Origin: Octopus sinensis
Taxonomy: Eukaryota
Length of the DNA stretch: 64,000 bases
Direction of reading: 5' to 3'
Assembly: GCF_006345805.1 (NCBI RefSeq)
Contig: NC_043005.1
Span: 62,868,001-62,932,000 of the forward strand
This document shows positions 1 through 13,062 of this stretch, piece by piece (the first letter of the stretch is position 1; each line of letters starts with the position of its first letter). The translations under genes and the position numbers were made by a program. A model generated the notes under the pieces. It was not told where the DNA came from. It saw nothing but the letters and a program-made list of their open reading frames with translations, and did not search any database.

Positions 1-507
1 ACTGGGTAATTTGTAAAAACCTGGACCTGCCCTATGATAAAAACTGGTGGGAACACAAAACCCTTCCAGTGCTTGAAAACGATCACATCTCACTCCTCTG
101 AAACTTCACCATTCAAATTGACAGAATGATAAATGCAAATAGGCTAGACATTATATTGAAAGACATCTGACAAAAATCATGCCACCTCATTGATATGACT
201 GTCCCAATCAACATAAATGTATCTGTCAAGACTTACCAAAAACTGAGCAAGTATAAAAATCTTGAAATAGAAATTGGCAAAATGTGGAACCTCAAGACTA
301 AAACAATACCTGTTGTCATAGGAATGATAGCAAAAGGGGCCCATTGCAACCTAGCTCGGATACCAGAACAATACTATATACAAAACCAAATATATGACAC
401 CCCTAGGTATAACACCAACTTGAACTTCTAACTAGTTGTCTCTTGAGGTCTCTGGGTGAGACTTGGATCAACTTGTACAAATACAAAGCAAATGTCAAAC
501 ATATAAT
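1..507 (+). mobile_element. 3' end of an R4/Dong(Rex6)-like non-LTR retrotransposon (restriction-like endonuclease domain), cut by the window edge
   Basis: Degenerate RLE C-terminus NRLDIIL..K.CHLIDMTVP...KTYQKLSKYKNLEIEIGKMWNLKTKTIPVVIG (ORF 195-431), followed by a short 3'UTR running into (AGT)n. Confidence 0.85.
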
Positions 508-531
508 AGTAGTAGTAGTAGTAGTAGTAGT

Positions 532-564
<33 letters not shown>

Positions 565-629
565 AAGAAGAAGAAGAAGAAGAAGAAGAAGAAGAAGAAG
601 AAGAAGAAGAAGAAGAAGAAGAAGAAGAA
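508..629. repeat. Compound microsatellite (AGT)9 + (AAG)~31
   Basis: Read directly; source of the poly-R/K/S/L ORFs at 403-756. Confidence 0.99.
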
Positions 630-1470
630 ACGACCAAGAAAAAAGCATGGAAAGAAAATAAAATGTAGTCAGGTCAGTTTGCAAGAGATGTGAATGCCAA
701 GACAGATACAGAGGACCAGTGGTTATAGATGACAGGGAGTGACTTGAAGATAGCACTCATATGCACACCTCAGGAACATGCATTAAGGACCAGCTATATG
801 AAGTGCAGAATAGACAACACTGCCTATAGCGACAAATGCAGAATGTATGGTGGGAGGAGTGAAACGGTATGACACATCATTAGCGAAAGCCCAAAATTAG
901 CACAGCGCAAATACAAAAGACACCATGACAATGTAGCAAGAATGATCCACTGGGAGTTTTGTGGACATTATCGCCTACAAAGAGCAGACATGGTACAAGG
1001 CAAACTCCAGAAGGAGTCACCAAAAATGAGAATTGCAAAATCCTGTGGGATGCAATGATCCAGTGCACTCACTTAACCAGACATCAGAAACTGGACATTG
1101 TGGTTGTAAATAAAAACAAACGGACATGTATGATAATCAACATAGCATGACCTGGTGACAACAGGATGAATGTGAAAGAAGAAAAATTAATAAACAACTG
1201 TGATGATATGAAGTGGGAAATACGAAGGTTGTTGTCAATGAAGAGAGTAGACGTGATACCAATAGTAATTGGTACACTTGGAAGTACCAGCACTCAACCA
1301 CCAATATGGTTGAAGAAGATTGGTGCAAGTGTGAAGGTAGAACACCTACAAAAATCAGCATTATTTGGAACTGCAAGAATTGTTCGCAGCGTTCTTGAAG
1401 CATGACCAGTAAACAAGTGCCACCTTAGTCTGCTGGATGTGGACAGCTGACACTTTCCATCAAAAGTTTT

Positions 1471-1476
<6 letters not shown>
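630..1476 (+). mobile_element. R4/Dong-like LINE 3' fragment (CCHC knuckle + RLE), decayed
   Basis: KCRMYGGRSETV*HIISESPKLAQRKYKRHHDNVARMIHW; WDAMIQC..KLDIVV..C.II.IA*PGD; VIPIVIGTLG; LQKSALFGTARIVRSVLEA* (stop 1403-1405); 3'UTR, then (AAT)n. Confidence 0.9.
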
Positions 1477-1526
<50 letters not shown>

Positions 1527-1575
1527 TTTAATAATAATAATAATAATTTTAATAATAATAATAATAATAATAATA
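1477..1575. repeat. (AAT)n microsatellite with two interruptions
   Basis: Read directly. Confidence 0.98.
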
Positions 1576-1850
1576 TGCCCCATGAATAGTCAAGAAGGAA
1601 GGTGAAAAGATAGATAATACAACCCTCTTAAATACAAAATAGACTGGCTATGGAAAATGAAGAAGGTGAAGATAGTGCCAATTATTGTTGGGTCCTTGGG
1701 AACAGTATCAGAAGGCATCAATGAAAATATAAAGGAAATTGGAATAGTGTGCTCAGTAGAACTGTTACAAAGGGTTTGCCTCCTTGGTACAGCCAGAATA
1801 ATCAGGAAAGTATTAGATAGTTGAAAAGAACAGATAGCATGGTACTAAAG
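1576..1850 (+). mobile_element. Short 3' fragment of a different R4/Dong-like family
   Basis: WKMKKVKIVPIIVGSLGTVSEG...VELLQRVCLLGTARIIRKVLDS* (stop 1822-1824). Confidence 0.7.
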
Positions 1851-3215
1851 GTACCTAATAGAGAACTGATTAAACAAATTGAAAAGGAATGCTGCAAATA
1901 ACTTGACATACTAGTGTTCAACAAGAAGATAATGGAGAAGGAAATAAAAGAGCAACTGAGGATGGAATATTTCTGAAGACTAAGATTGGTGTTGCAGTCA
2001 GAATTTACTGGATGGAATAAAAATCAAGCATGTAACATATGGGTGATAGCATCACTTCAGTATGGTGCTGGAATCATAGAATGGTAAAAGAAAGAACTGA
2101 TGAACTTGGGTATGAAGACAAGAAAAATGTTGACAGTGCATGGAATCTTCCACCCTAAGAGTGACACTGATAGGCTGTACATGTCCAGAAGAAAGAGTGA
2201 GAAAGGTTTGATCAGTTGCCAGGATTGTATCAAAGCAGAAGAAAACAGCTTAGTGTGGTGTGTAAAAAATGCCATGGAACCATTGTTGAAACAATTGAAG
2301 AAGGCTGGTGTCATTAAAACTGATAACTGTGTAAAGAAAGAAAAAAAATGAGGAAAAGAACACAAAAAAAAGAAACAGCATGGAAGGAAAAATGAATGGT
2401 CAGTTTGCAAGAGATATGAATGCTAAGACAGGTACTGGTGGCTATGGATGAGGAGGAGTGACCTGAAGATAGAGACAGAAGCACTTACATGTGCAGCTCA
2501 AGAACAAGCATTAAGGACTAACAATGTGAATCAACAACACTACCGACAACAACAAATGCAGAATGTGTGGTGAGGGAAGTGAGAGAGTATGGCACACCAT
2601 TAACGAATGCCCAAAATTGGCACAACATGAATACAAAAGATAACATGACAATGTTGCAAGAAGGATCTATTGGGAGCTGTGTGGAAATCACAACCTACAA
2701 AGTGCAAATATGTGGTATGAACAAGTCCCAGAAAGAGTCATCAAGAATGAAAATTTTAAAATCCTGTAGGAGGCAATGATTCAGTGTTATCACCTGGCCA
2801 GATGTCGGAAACCAGACATTGTCATGGTGAAGAAAAAAGAAAGAACATGCATAATAATCGAAATAGCATGTCCTGGTGACAACAGGATGAAAGAGAAAGA
2901 ACGACTATGACAATTGGAAGTGGGAAATACGAAGGTTGTGGTCAATGGGTAGAGATGACGTGGTACCAATAGTAACTGATGCACTTGGAAGTATCAGCAC
3001 TCAACTACCAGCATGGCTCAAAAAGATTGCTACAAATGTAAAGGTAGAACATCTACAAAAATCAGCATTGCTTGCAATTGCAAGAATTTTTCACAGGGTT
3101 CTTGAAGTATGACCAGTAAATAAGTACCACCTAATCTGCTGGTTGTGTCAGCTGACACTTTCCATCACACCTAGCAGAATAAGCTGAGTTTTCATCAAAT
3201 AATAACAACCACAAC
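1851..3215 (+). mobile_element. R4/Dong-like LINE fragment (RT thumb, CCHC, RLE), same family as 630-1476
   Basis: SLQYGAGIIEW...KTRKMLTVHGIFHPKSDTDRLYMSRRKSEKGLISC (ORF 2100-2351); CRMCGEGSE; PDIVM; LQKSALLAIARI..VLEV* (3110-3112). 3'UTR TGACCAGTAAA...GCTGACACTTTCCATCA is shared with 1403-1462. Confidence 0.9.
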
Positions 3216-4449
3216 AAATAAATAAATATAAAAGTAATTGATTTACCTTTCATATTTTCACTGACAGCAAGCAAAAGCATGTCAAACATATCAATTGGAT
3301 ATCTTTTATATAAAGAATCATACTAATGCTTAACAGATGGAATCTATGAAGGCAATAAGTTATCAAATTTAATACATTATTCAGACCACATAATGTGGTA
3401 GCAGTAGTGGTGATTTTAGCATTCTAAACAATACCAGAAAGATAACCAATCTAACACATTTGGGGATAATACAAATCCAAAATGCCAAATATAGGCTGTG
3501 AATATGTATTCAAGTTTACTACTTGTAGTTGCCTTATCATCCTCAAGTGAAAAACAGATAATTTTGCATAGGGAGAATTAAAACGTTAAACTGTCGTATG
3601 GTTTATCAACTGTCTCATCTTGCATTATCTTCTCAATAGGGCTGTGAGGTAGCTTCTTTACCTTTGGATACAATTTTTCTTCACTTTAAGATATCAGGAA
3701 ATATTTTGAATTGCTAATGAAATGATACAATTCTTTTGCATTCTGCTTTTAGTGTTATGTACGGTGATAATGCAAATGGCTTCTGTTTTACTCTATGATA
3801 CATAAATGCAGTTAGATAATAACCTTTCAGTTGACAATGGGTTACACTAAGCCAAGTATATGCTGAAATAAAGTAAATGAAAACCTAGTTTATAACTAGC
3901 TTTTCATAATAGTCACTTATTGATAATGAAAATCTTTCCACATAAAAAGTAAGAAATGAATACTGCTTTGTTATTTTCTCATACAACTTCATTTTAGAAT
4001 TTGAATTTACTGATGGAATCAAATTGATATTACAATGAACAAAATAATCTTCAAAAATATTCAACAAAGGCTTGAATAAAAATAATGTAATTTCAAAACT
4101 GTTCAAAAGAATTTCTAAATTTTATGTTCAAATGTTTATGAACAAACATCTTATGGATCAAATAACATTTCAATTTCATGTTTCACCTTGTAAAAAGAAA
4201 TTATATATATGTATCTGACATCTAGAAGTGTGTGTATTGTGAGTGTATACGTGTGTGCATGCATGTGTGAGTGCATATATATATATATGTTTGTGTTCAT
4301 GTAAGTGTGTGTGTATGCATGTATGTGTGTGTTCCATATTTGTGGCTAGATTTAATATGGGAAACAATATTTTCCCTAATTCTTGACCCTTTTAAAATGA
4401 AGCTTACTGCTAAATGTACACATATAATGATAGAATTTTCTTCTAAGAT

Positions 4450-4860
4450 ACCCTCTTGAAGACCCTGGCAAAGAGGATTGACGACTTTGATAACAAAGCC
4501 CTGAAAACCATAGAGAATATCAGATCATACTATCACATTTTCAACAAAGAACTGTGTGTGCACACGCGTCAGGCTGCAGCTTCCTACCTCATTGCTATCA
4601 GTTGCATGTCGTCTATCTCCTACTAGATCATCCTACCAGGGCTTTACTCTCATTTGATGCAGCAACTGCAGGCTGGAAGAGGTCTTGTGGCATTCCCTAC
4701 ACCAGATAGCTGGATGTGATTGCAGAAGATCTCCAGAAGCTCAATATCACCTTGGAGGATGCAGAGGGGCTGGTGGATCACTGGTGAACCAGGTCAGCTC
4801 TATGCATGATGATATCTCTGGGACCTCTCACCTAGGATGACCCCAGCCTCAGCTAGCAAG
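4450..4860 (+). mobile_element. Decayed RTE-clade LINE C-terminal remnant
   Basis: Frameshifted reading IDDFDNKALKTIENI..NKEL...ASYLIAI...AGWKR...RWLDVIAEDLQKLNITLEDAEGL, typical of the RTE ORF end. Confidence 0.6.
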
Positions 4861-5769
4861 AGCATGAAGAAAACAAGCAAATGATAATGTGTTCTTGAAT
4901 TAATTTTACTTGTTGTTACTTTGTATCCCTTAACAACAAAGATAACTTTTCTTGCTTTTCATTGATAACAGATGCCATTCCTTCTTACAGTAAAGATTTA
5001 TCCAGCTATAAGAATATATTCAATGAACATCTTTACATTTATTTTAGTATGGAAAAGAAAAAAAAATGTAAATCAGTGAAATAATTTAGCACCATGATTA
5101 TAAACAGTTCCCTTTTGTGAAGAAATACTGGAGCAAATTTCAGATGTATTTAAATGCTTATATAAATGGTAAATCACTGCCAATAGTGAATGGATAACTA
5201 AAATATACATGATAAATATGTAATTTGCCTCAGTATATCAATTTTTATGAATTAGTAATTTGAAGAACTTATCAGTGATTGCTATTGCAAATGAATTCAT
5301 ATACACTATGTTTGGTTTCATATAAAAATGATTTATTGTTCACATAAGGTAAAATATAGTCACTAACTGATACTAAGTTATATACTTAATCATAACAGAG
5401 TTTGCCATAAAAACAAGCATAGCAATATCTAACAAACAAAATAATACACTAACAAACAAAACAATTATCAGAAGGAATACACATTCTGAACTTTAACATT
5501 GACTGAATTACTGTGAGTAATATATAAAAATATCTTAACTTCTGCTGATCAACAATTATGTTGTATAAACTGACTTTATATGTGATATCACACAAAGGAT
5601 ACATAACTCTAGGTTACAATAGTTATTTCACACAAAAAGGTACCTTACCTATAATGAAATGACTTCACAGAATGAAGGTCGCATCTAAGCTGAAGAGAAA
5701 TACTGAACTCTGTAATTCTTTTTAAGAGATTTATATTCTATTAGTGAGAAAACAACTAAAATGAACTGA

Positions 5770-8230
5770 AGTCTGAAAGTATATGTGAAACCCATTAAGT
5801 CTAGGAGCCACTACAACAGATATAGCCTCTTGCCTAGTATCTAGAGAATACTGTATATCATCTTGTTGAAAGATAAATTCTTGATGATCATTAACTGTTT
5901 TTGAATTTTCAGAATGTTTTTAGATAAAGTAGTTTAATAACAAGTATACATGTGATTATGTTTACTGGAAATGCATTAAAAAATATGAAAAAAATGCACT
6001 ATTCTAAAACTTCAAAGAAATTTTTATGATATTTAAAATAATGAACTTGAATTCTATTGTCAGAACTCTAAGCTTTTCAATGACGCAAAGGGTTGCATCA
6101 TAGACTGTTGACTACTGAACAATCCATCTTTATCAAGAATGATATACTTATAGATATGAGACATATATAAGTAAAAGGTCTCATTGATAGCAAAAATAAC
6201 TCAACATGATACCCTGTATAAGTCAAAGAAGCTATTCTCAAATCTGTTTTTCTTAAAGAATGAAGAATATATCATGTATTTTATTTATGTAGAGATCTCA
6301 ACTCTCAGGTACCAAATAAATACTCAAAGTGAAAGCATAACATCTATGGTTTTTTTGGGGGGGTTTTTATATAGACATGCTTCTTGGTTAAATCGATCAG
6401 TTCTAGTGAGACAAGATGCACACAAAAAAATTCAGGCAATCATATTCAGATTAAAATTGCTTTTGATTTAAAATATTTTGCATCAAACACAAATTCAGAA
6501 TTTACTAAAACCAAATTATTTATTTAAACTTTGCACACATAACTTTTGAAAACAGTTTATAAAAATAATAAATATTTAAATTAAATTCACGTTTATATTT
6601 AATGAAACACAATCAAATAGTGAGTTTTTATTCTCTGTTTTATAAGTAATTTTCCTACACTTGTTAAATATGTAAAAATAGTTTTTTTCAAATATTAGAG
6701 AATTAAGTTACTGAATTTTGAATGAAATTTATTCTACTATAGGCACAAAGCCTGAAATTTTGAAGAAGAGGACAGTTGGTTACATCAATTCCAATACTTG
6801 ATCAATTACCCTTTTTTATCAACTTTGAAAGGATGAAAGATAAAATAAACCTAGGTGGTATTTGAACCCAAAACATAAAGCTGGGAGAAATGCTGTCAAG
6901 CATTTTGTCTGGTGCGCTAAGGATTCTGTCAGCTCACTGCCTTAATTTTGAATAAAATATTTGGAAAGCCATTGATATATTACTTTTTAAGTGGACTATT
7001 AAGTATAAACAAATATATCCATCCATAAAATGCCATTTTCGTGTAAGATGTCATCATCAGAAAATTCATGTGAATTGTAGCACATTTAGAGACTCACTCA
7101 GAAACTTGCCTCAACATTAAGGTTACAGATAATTCATTTGTACATTATTCTTCTAATAATATGATTTCATAGATCTGAAGATCCCTTAACCAGGCTGAGC
7201 TAACCCTTTTACCAAGCGTTGCTATGGCTGTTTGAACTCTCTGGATAATAGCTAAAGTCACTCTGACATCTCATCTGTCTAGCATGGTATTATATGCAGC
7301 AGAAATTCTTTCTTCCTCTTCCCTCCCTCCTCTCTATTGCCCAGCAGAAGTGAAAATTTAAATATTTTTAGAATTTTAGAAAGCGGAAGCACCGTGTAAT
7401 TGAAATTTTGAATTAAATATTATAAAGCCATTGGTGCATTAATTCTTAAATGTGCTATTTATTATAAACAAATAATCCATCCACAAAATTAGATTTTGGT
7501 GTAACGCTCCCTCATTATAATTCCTATGTATTCTAGTCCATCTTAGGGATTCATTAAAAACTTCACTGCAATGTTTAGGTTGCAGATAAACCATTTGTGC
7601 ATCCCTGTTTTGCATATCTAAGAAATGAAGCATTTTGCAAGATAATTGAAGAGAGTCAGAGGTTAATATTTTGAAGTTAAATTACATTGAGCTTCCAGTA
7701 TTAGTAGCTAGAGTAGCAGCAAGTATAACTAGACAACTGGGTCAAAAATTAGACTTTCTTTGATTTGGTATCTTCCGAGTTTCAATAGGTTAAAAGCAAA
7801 TAGAATTTCTACCTTAAGTTTATTAAAATTAATTGTCTTGTAACCTTCAGTGGATTATTAGCTCATTAATAAAGATTTTGCCAAAATGTAGTGTGTAAAG
7901 GGCAAACCAATAAGGAGAATTGTATTCTTTCTAGGCAATTGATAAAATCTGGAAAGAGCTAAAAATCGACCAAAGTAACTGGTTGTCACTGGTTTGAAGA
8001 ATGAGTAAACTGAAATGGCTCAAGTGAAAATTATACGTGCCATAAACTTGTATTACCAAAAGTTTGTTATTCACACTTGTAGTATGTCATATTTTGACAT
8101 ACTCATGTCATAGTATCTTTAATTAATTTATTAACATATAATTGTCTTCTTTGGTAGATATATTGTTTTAAGTTGTTAACAGTCTTTTGCTTGTAATGTG
8201 ATTGGTTTGGAGAAAATGAGAAAAGCTAAG
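5770..8230 (+). pseudogene. Possible heavily decayed (proto)cadherin ectodomain plus transmembrane pseudogene
   Basis: Across frameshifts: NNP/IFIK..G/SLIAKITQHD (6118-6210), NIL/NTNSEFTK (6472-6510), LNIKVTD, IIAKVT, LPPLYCPAEVKI, AIGALILK, VARVAAS..LGQKLDF, GELYSF*AIDK/SGK/AKID (~7910-7975), then a hydrophobic stretch ending WRK (~8130-8220). Many stops; by-eye inference only. Confidence 0.4.
6729..6943 (-). mobile_element. tRNA-headed SINE, family A (old copy)
   Basis: Homologous to 58435-58651; flanked by 15-bp TSD AATTTTGAAT(G/A)AAAT (6714-6728 / 6944-6958). Confidence 0.8.
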
Positions 8231-9808
8231 TAATATTTACTAAGATACAACCAAGAAATTTGGTATTTTCAATGAAAAAGAAGTTTTGACTTCTATTCCC
8301 GAAAGCAATATCGCTGTCACTGATGTTGCAGCCAATTTCATTGGAGAATAAAAAGAAACAAAAAGAAGGCTACTGGCCTGAATTACTATGAAAATAGCAA
8401 CAGCAATAACAGAATATTTCAAAAGGTCTATGTGGTCTAGGGAAAGCAGTAATAATGATGAATACATCAACAACAGCAGAGAGCAACTACATTTCGTTAA
8501 CACATATAGCAGCAATGTCAGTGACTTGAAAACAAAAGTGAAAATACAAGCTTTTGAAAAACATAAACTGCTGTGAAAACTTATTGGAAAGCAATCAGCA
8601 AAAATTACGCATTTTTTTGCTTGAGAATAATGCAATATTGATTTCTAATATAACTGCAAACCTTAGAGTCATCAAAGAGAAGTAATGAAGGAACTTGAAT
8701 TCAGGACAGAATATGAAACAGTGATAACATATTGACAGAAAGTAACAGTTTCTCAACAAAAAAGAAAAAAGAATCTAATTTCATTATAGTGAAGATATAC
8801 TTCCCAGGGACACAGTGAGTAATACTTGAACTAAACTATAAAGCCCTTTCTTTTAATAAAAATTTCTTACAACAATTTATAGAATTCTGGGGAAAGCTCT
8901 TAATAAATTATATAAATCACAGATAATATTCACTTATTCTAAAGGTCAAGAAATTAATAGTAATTAATTTTTATGAATACAAAAGTAAATTAGTTTGATT
9001 ATCATTTGAATAATCATTTTAATTGTTACTTTTTACTAAAAATACCTTCAGAAAGGCAAACCTCGCTAACCCCACATTTTGAAGTCAAGCAGTGATCAAC
9101 TCTGGAATATTAAGCAAAAGATAGATAAATCTTTCTTTGGATAGAATCCATAAATTGAAATACATTTTATGAATCCTTCGGTCTTGAAAGATTTTTAAAG
9201 ATAAAATATTTACTTGTCTCTGAAACTAACTGAAGAATAGTAATATTTACAAATTTAAAAAATTCTATCAAATTGTTTGGCCTTTATCTAAACTAATAAA
9301 CTTTCAGATTTTAAGAATAATGTTTCTTATGTTTATTTTAGAAAATATATTCAATGGAATATAGTCTATCAATACTTGACAAAAACTTTGGGTAGCTGAA
9401 GTAATGTTTCATTAAGGTTGTAACAAAGTCTTTAAAGGATCTAAAATAATTTGATTTATGATTGAGCATGCAGAAACAATCTATGAAGTGACATCCAGGT
9501 CATTAATATTTTATGAGATTCAAACAAATGGAATGTGTTTCAGGTAATTCTGATACAATTCAATTAGTTATATGTTCTATTTCATTAGTTCCAAGTTTAG
9601 AAAACAAATTCAAATTAACAAATAATTATACATAAAGTTACTTACTTTTCATTAACATTTTATCAATAGCTCTCACATTAAGATACCTAATCCTTCTAAT
9701 AATATATAACAATGTTTTATTAATTCTAGTTGTTTTTGCTTTTTTGGTTTTTAATAAACTCATACAAACATTATGCACTTATTAAATTTTAGTAGAAATT
9801 TAGAATTA

Positions 9809-10723
9809 CAGGGTGTTCTAACTAAGTTTGACGATTTTTCTTTTAGGAACAGCTTGATGTATTGGTGAACAGTCAACGGCATTGGAGAGCATCATGATTA
9901 AAGTTGTAGTTCAGAAATAGTTAGCTATGGAGAACTGGAAGCCATCTAAATATTGGAGAAGAGTTACCTGTATCAAGAAAATTTGAGCTGGGTGTCAAAA
10001 TGTTGACATCATGAGTGCTCAATGCTCTGTAAATACTGTAACAGCTGTAAGACATAATGTGGACAGTTGTAGAGATGTTATGTAAGACATTATGTGGACA
10101 GAGACTATGAAGCCATGGCCAGCAGCAATGGCCACAACAGGTGTGCTGACTGCATCCACATGCCTGAATTCATCCAGCAACTGCAGGAACAGAGCCTTAA
10201 GCTCAATTCAGATGGTTATGTAAAGCTGCTGGAGATTGTGGTTAAACTGTTGCTGGAGAGGGCTGCTAATGCAAGGCCATATGTGTGGTAGCAGGATTCA
10301 GTTCCTTACCATACCTTCAGAAAGAGTCGGAAATGGTTGTCAGAGAATTTCTATGACTTCATCAGGCCCAATTTCTGGCCTCCTAATTCACTTGGTTATA
10401 ATCTTATGAATTACTATGCATGGGGAATGGTTGAGATATATACCAACCATTCTGCCTGTAACACCAAGGCTGAGCTGGCAGCCAAGATCAAGAAAGTGTT
10501 CAAAGATCTTGCCAGGGACACAGTGAGTAATGCTTGCATCAGCTTCTGTAGCTGACTAGCTGACTTGAAGACATGGTGGAAGCTGAGGGTAGCTACTTTG
10601 GGTAAACTATTATCTTCCACTCATGGTTGATAGTTTTTTTGTTTAAATACATTTATTTTTGGATGGGATATTGTGTTTTCTTTTTCTTTTACACAAACTC
10701 ACAAATTTGTCCTGAGCACCTTG
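9809..10723 (+). mobile_element. Internally deleted Tc1/mariner transposon, maT (DD37D-like) type
   Basis: TA-flanked imperfect TIRs CAGGGTGTTCTAACTAAGTTTG / CAAATTTGTCCTGAGCACCTTG; transposase remnant RPYVW*QDSVPYHT..WLSENF..FWPPNSLGYNLMNYYAWG..CNTKAELAAKIKKVF..TVSNACISF. Confidence 0.9.
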
Positions 10724-12711
10724 TATAAATTCTCATAATTTTATTCCAAATAATGTATCATCATAATATTATTGAATATGCTTTATTTTAAAGACCAAAG
10801 ATGAAACACATAATGGACCAGGACACAGGGGATTTAAACTCGGTATGTAAAGAACCAAAAAAGAGTAAGCACTTGTATAAGGAAAATAAATATGATAGAC
10901 CAGATTCATCACTAGTAGGTTACATTTGTCTGTTTTGAATTTGCTGCATTTATCAATCCTGTTCTATAGAGAACTTAAAAGGAAGAAAAAAAAACAGGAA
11001 GAGAGAGAGAGAAGACACACACTGGTCTTACCAGTTGGCTACTAGGACCAATAACTTAAAACTAGGACCCAATAAGTTATGCCTATAGGCATTATACCAT
11101 TTAACCATTTTATGTCTATTAGTATATTTTCAAAATGCAAGAAAAAATAGGTTGAAATATTGTTTGGATTCCTATTAATCCTTTTACATTCTCATAAGGA
11201 TTTCTGCCTTGACACAAAATCCAATTTTAAGAAGACTTGATCATAGAAACTAAACACTATAACTAAGTTATAAAGATTATCTAAAAGGAAGGTAATAATA
11301 ATATGGCATCAAGCTGTATGAGAATTTAAGGTATAAGAAAATACTTAATAAAAGTTGTGTTACGATATGCATAATCAAATACTAATAGTCTTAATGAATT
11401 CCTTTTTACTTAATGAACATGAAGATTGTGTTTGAGTCATCATACTGTCCATACTAGCCCCTTTAATAAGCATTATATAGATTATCACCTAATTGTCTAA
11501 TTCGTGTGTGAGACCAATTGGTTTAATCAGTTTTAATGGATTTACAGTACTGTATATTATAAAGATTAACATCTATCTGTCTATCTATCTATCTATCTAT
11601 ATATATATATATATATATACACACATAGATTAATTGACTGATAGATCAATATATGCATACATATACATACGCTGACAGACGGATGTACGTGTACATTTTC
11701 TTTTATTGCTCTAATTTTTTTCTTTCCCTCCTCTACATGTTTTCTTTCTGTCTATCTAATGTTCTGAGGAAGCACTTAACGTCAAAGACATTTACTCTTT
11801 CTTAATCATTAACTGTTCTTATTTTTATCACACACACACACGTGTGCACACAATTTATAATAGGGATAATGAGTCAACAAATGACTAAAGTTGATATTAA
11901 AATTGATCAGAAGTTTTAGGTTGAAATTCTTCATGTTTTTTGTGGGGTTTTTCTTTGTATTCTGAGAAAAACAGTTTGCTATTTAAGAAAGAGCGTGGCT
12001 GATTTTGGAAAAGAGTCACCAGTTTATTCTAGACGGCATTGTTTGATGCAATCCACTATTAAACATAATTGATAGAGAATTCATATGTCTGACCAAATTT
12101 GCTATGACATTCAATTTATATTAGCTTAGAAATATTGAAGTTTAATAAATGAGCTGATAGTATTGAATAAAGATTCACCCTTATATGTGCTATGAATCTT
12201 TTTTCAAAACAAAAATTTTAAATCTGAGACATGGCTCATCCAAAATATTTCTCAACCAACTAAAATAGAAGTCAAAATAATTGAGATTATTCTTTTAATT
12301 AATGCCACAAATAATATTTTGAAGTAAAACAAATTATGACAGACACTTTGGAAGTGAGTAATTGATTGTTACACTTTCCTTTTCAAATATGCTACAAAAT
12401 ACACATTAATTAATTGGCTCTCTTACTATAATGATATTTGCGTGTGTTTATTTGCATAGTTCTTATTCTTCAATTAAATAGTGTGACAGTATTTTTCAAC
12501 ATTATCAAGAGTCTGTTGAGTAAATCCTTGAAAATCACATACAATAGCAGATAATGCATGCACCATTTGTTTAAATAAAATATATGAATAAGGACTAGCT
12601 GATGATAACACACTTAGATTACTGGCTTAACAAAATTATGTTTATCTGAAAGATAACTTGGAAATATATTGCAATCTGAAGATTAGGAAAATGTTTATTC
12701 ATGTCATTCAG

Positions 12712-13062
12712 GTGCAGGCATGGTTGCATGGTAAAAAAAGTTTTGGGTTCAGTCCCAGTGCATGGCATCTTGGGAAAATCTTCCATTTAAGCCTTGGGTC
12801 AACCAGAGCCTTGTGAGAGTATATGGCAGGCTTATCATGTGTGTGTTTCTGTTTCTTCGTCTTGATATCATGTAATAGTTGTGAGTGTCATCATCAAGTG
12901 GTGTCATTCATTTCCAGCCTTTTAGAAAAATATACCCTGGCTGAGAGGAAATATTGCTTTATTGAAAGCAGAGGTGAGTTGGTGACATGAAGGGCATCCA
13001 GTCACAGAAATTCTGGCTCATGCAAGCATAGAAAAGCGAATATTAAAACGATGATGATGATT
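12712..13062 (+). mobile_element. SINE with family B tRNA-like head and RTE-type 3' tail ending (GAT)n
   Basis: Head GCAGGCATGGTTGCATGG..GGGTTCAGTCCCAGTGC; tail GAAGGGCATCCAG..CATGCAAGCATAGAAAAGCG..TTAAAACGATGATGATGAT resembles the RTE end at 28090-28225. Confidence 0.8.

Noticed and set aside
403-756. Poly-L/S/R/K ORFs
   Set aside because: Translations of the (AGT)n(AAG)n microsatellite.
10794-10842. Plus-strand exon candidate TKDETHNGPGHRGFKL with GTATGT donor
   Set aside because: AAG acceptor, no partner exons or recognisable protein; needs RNA-seq.
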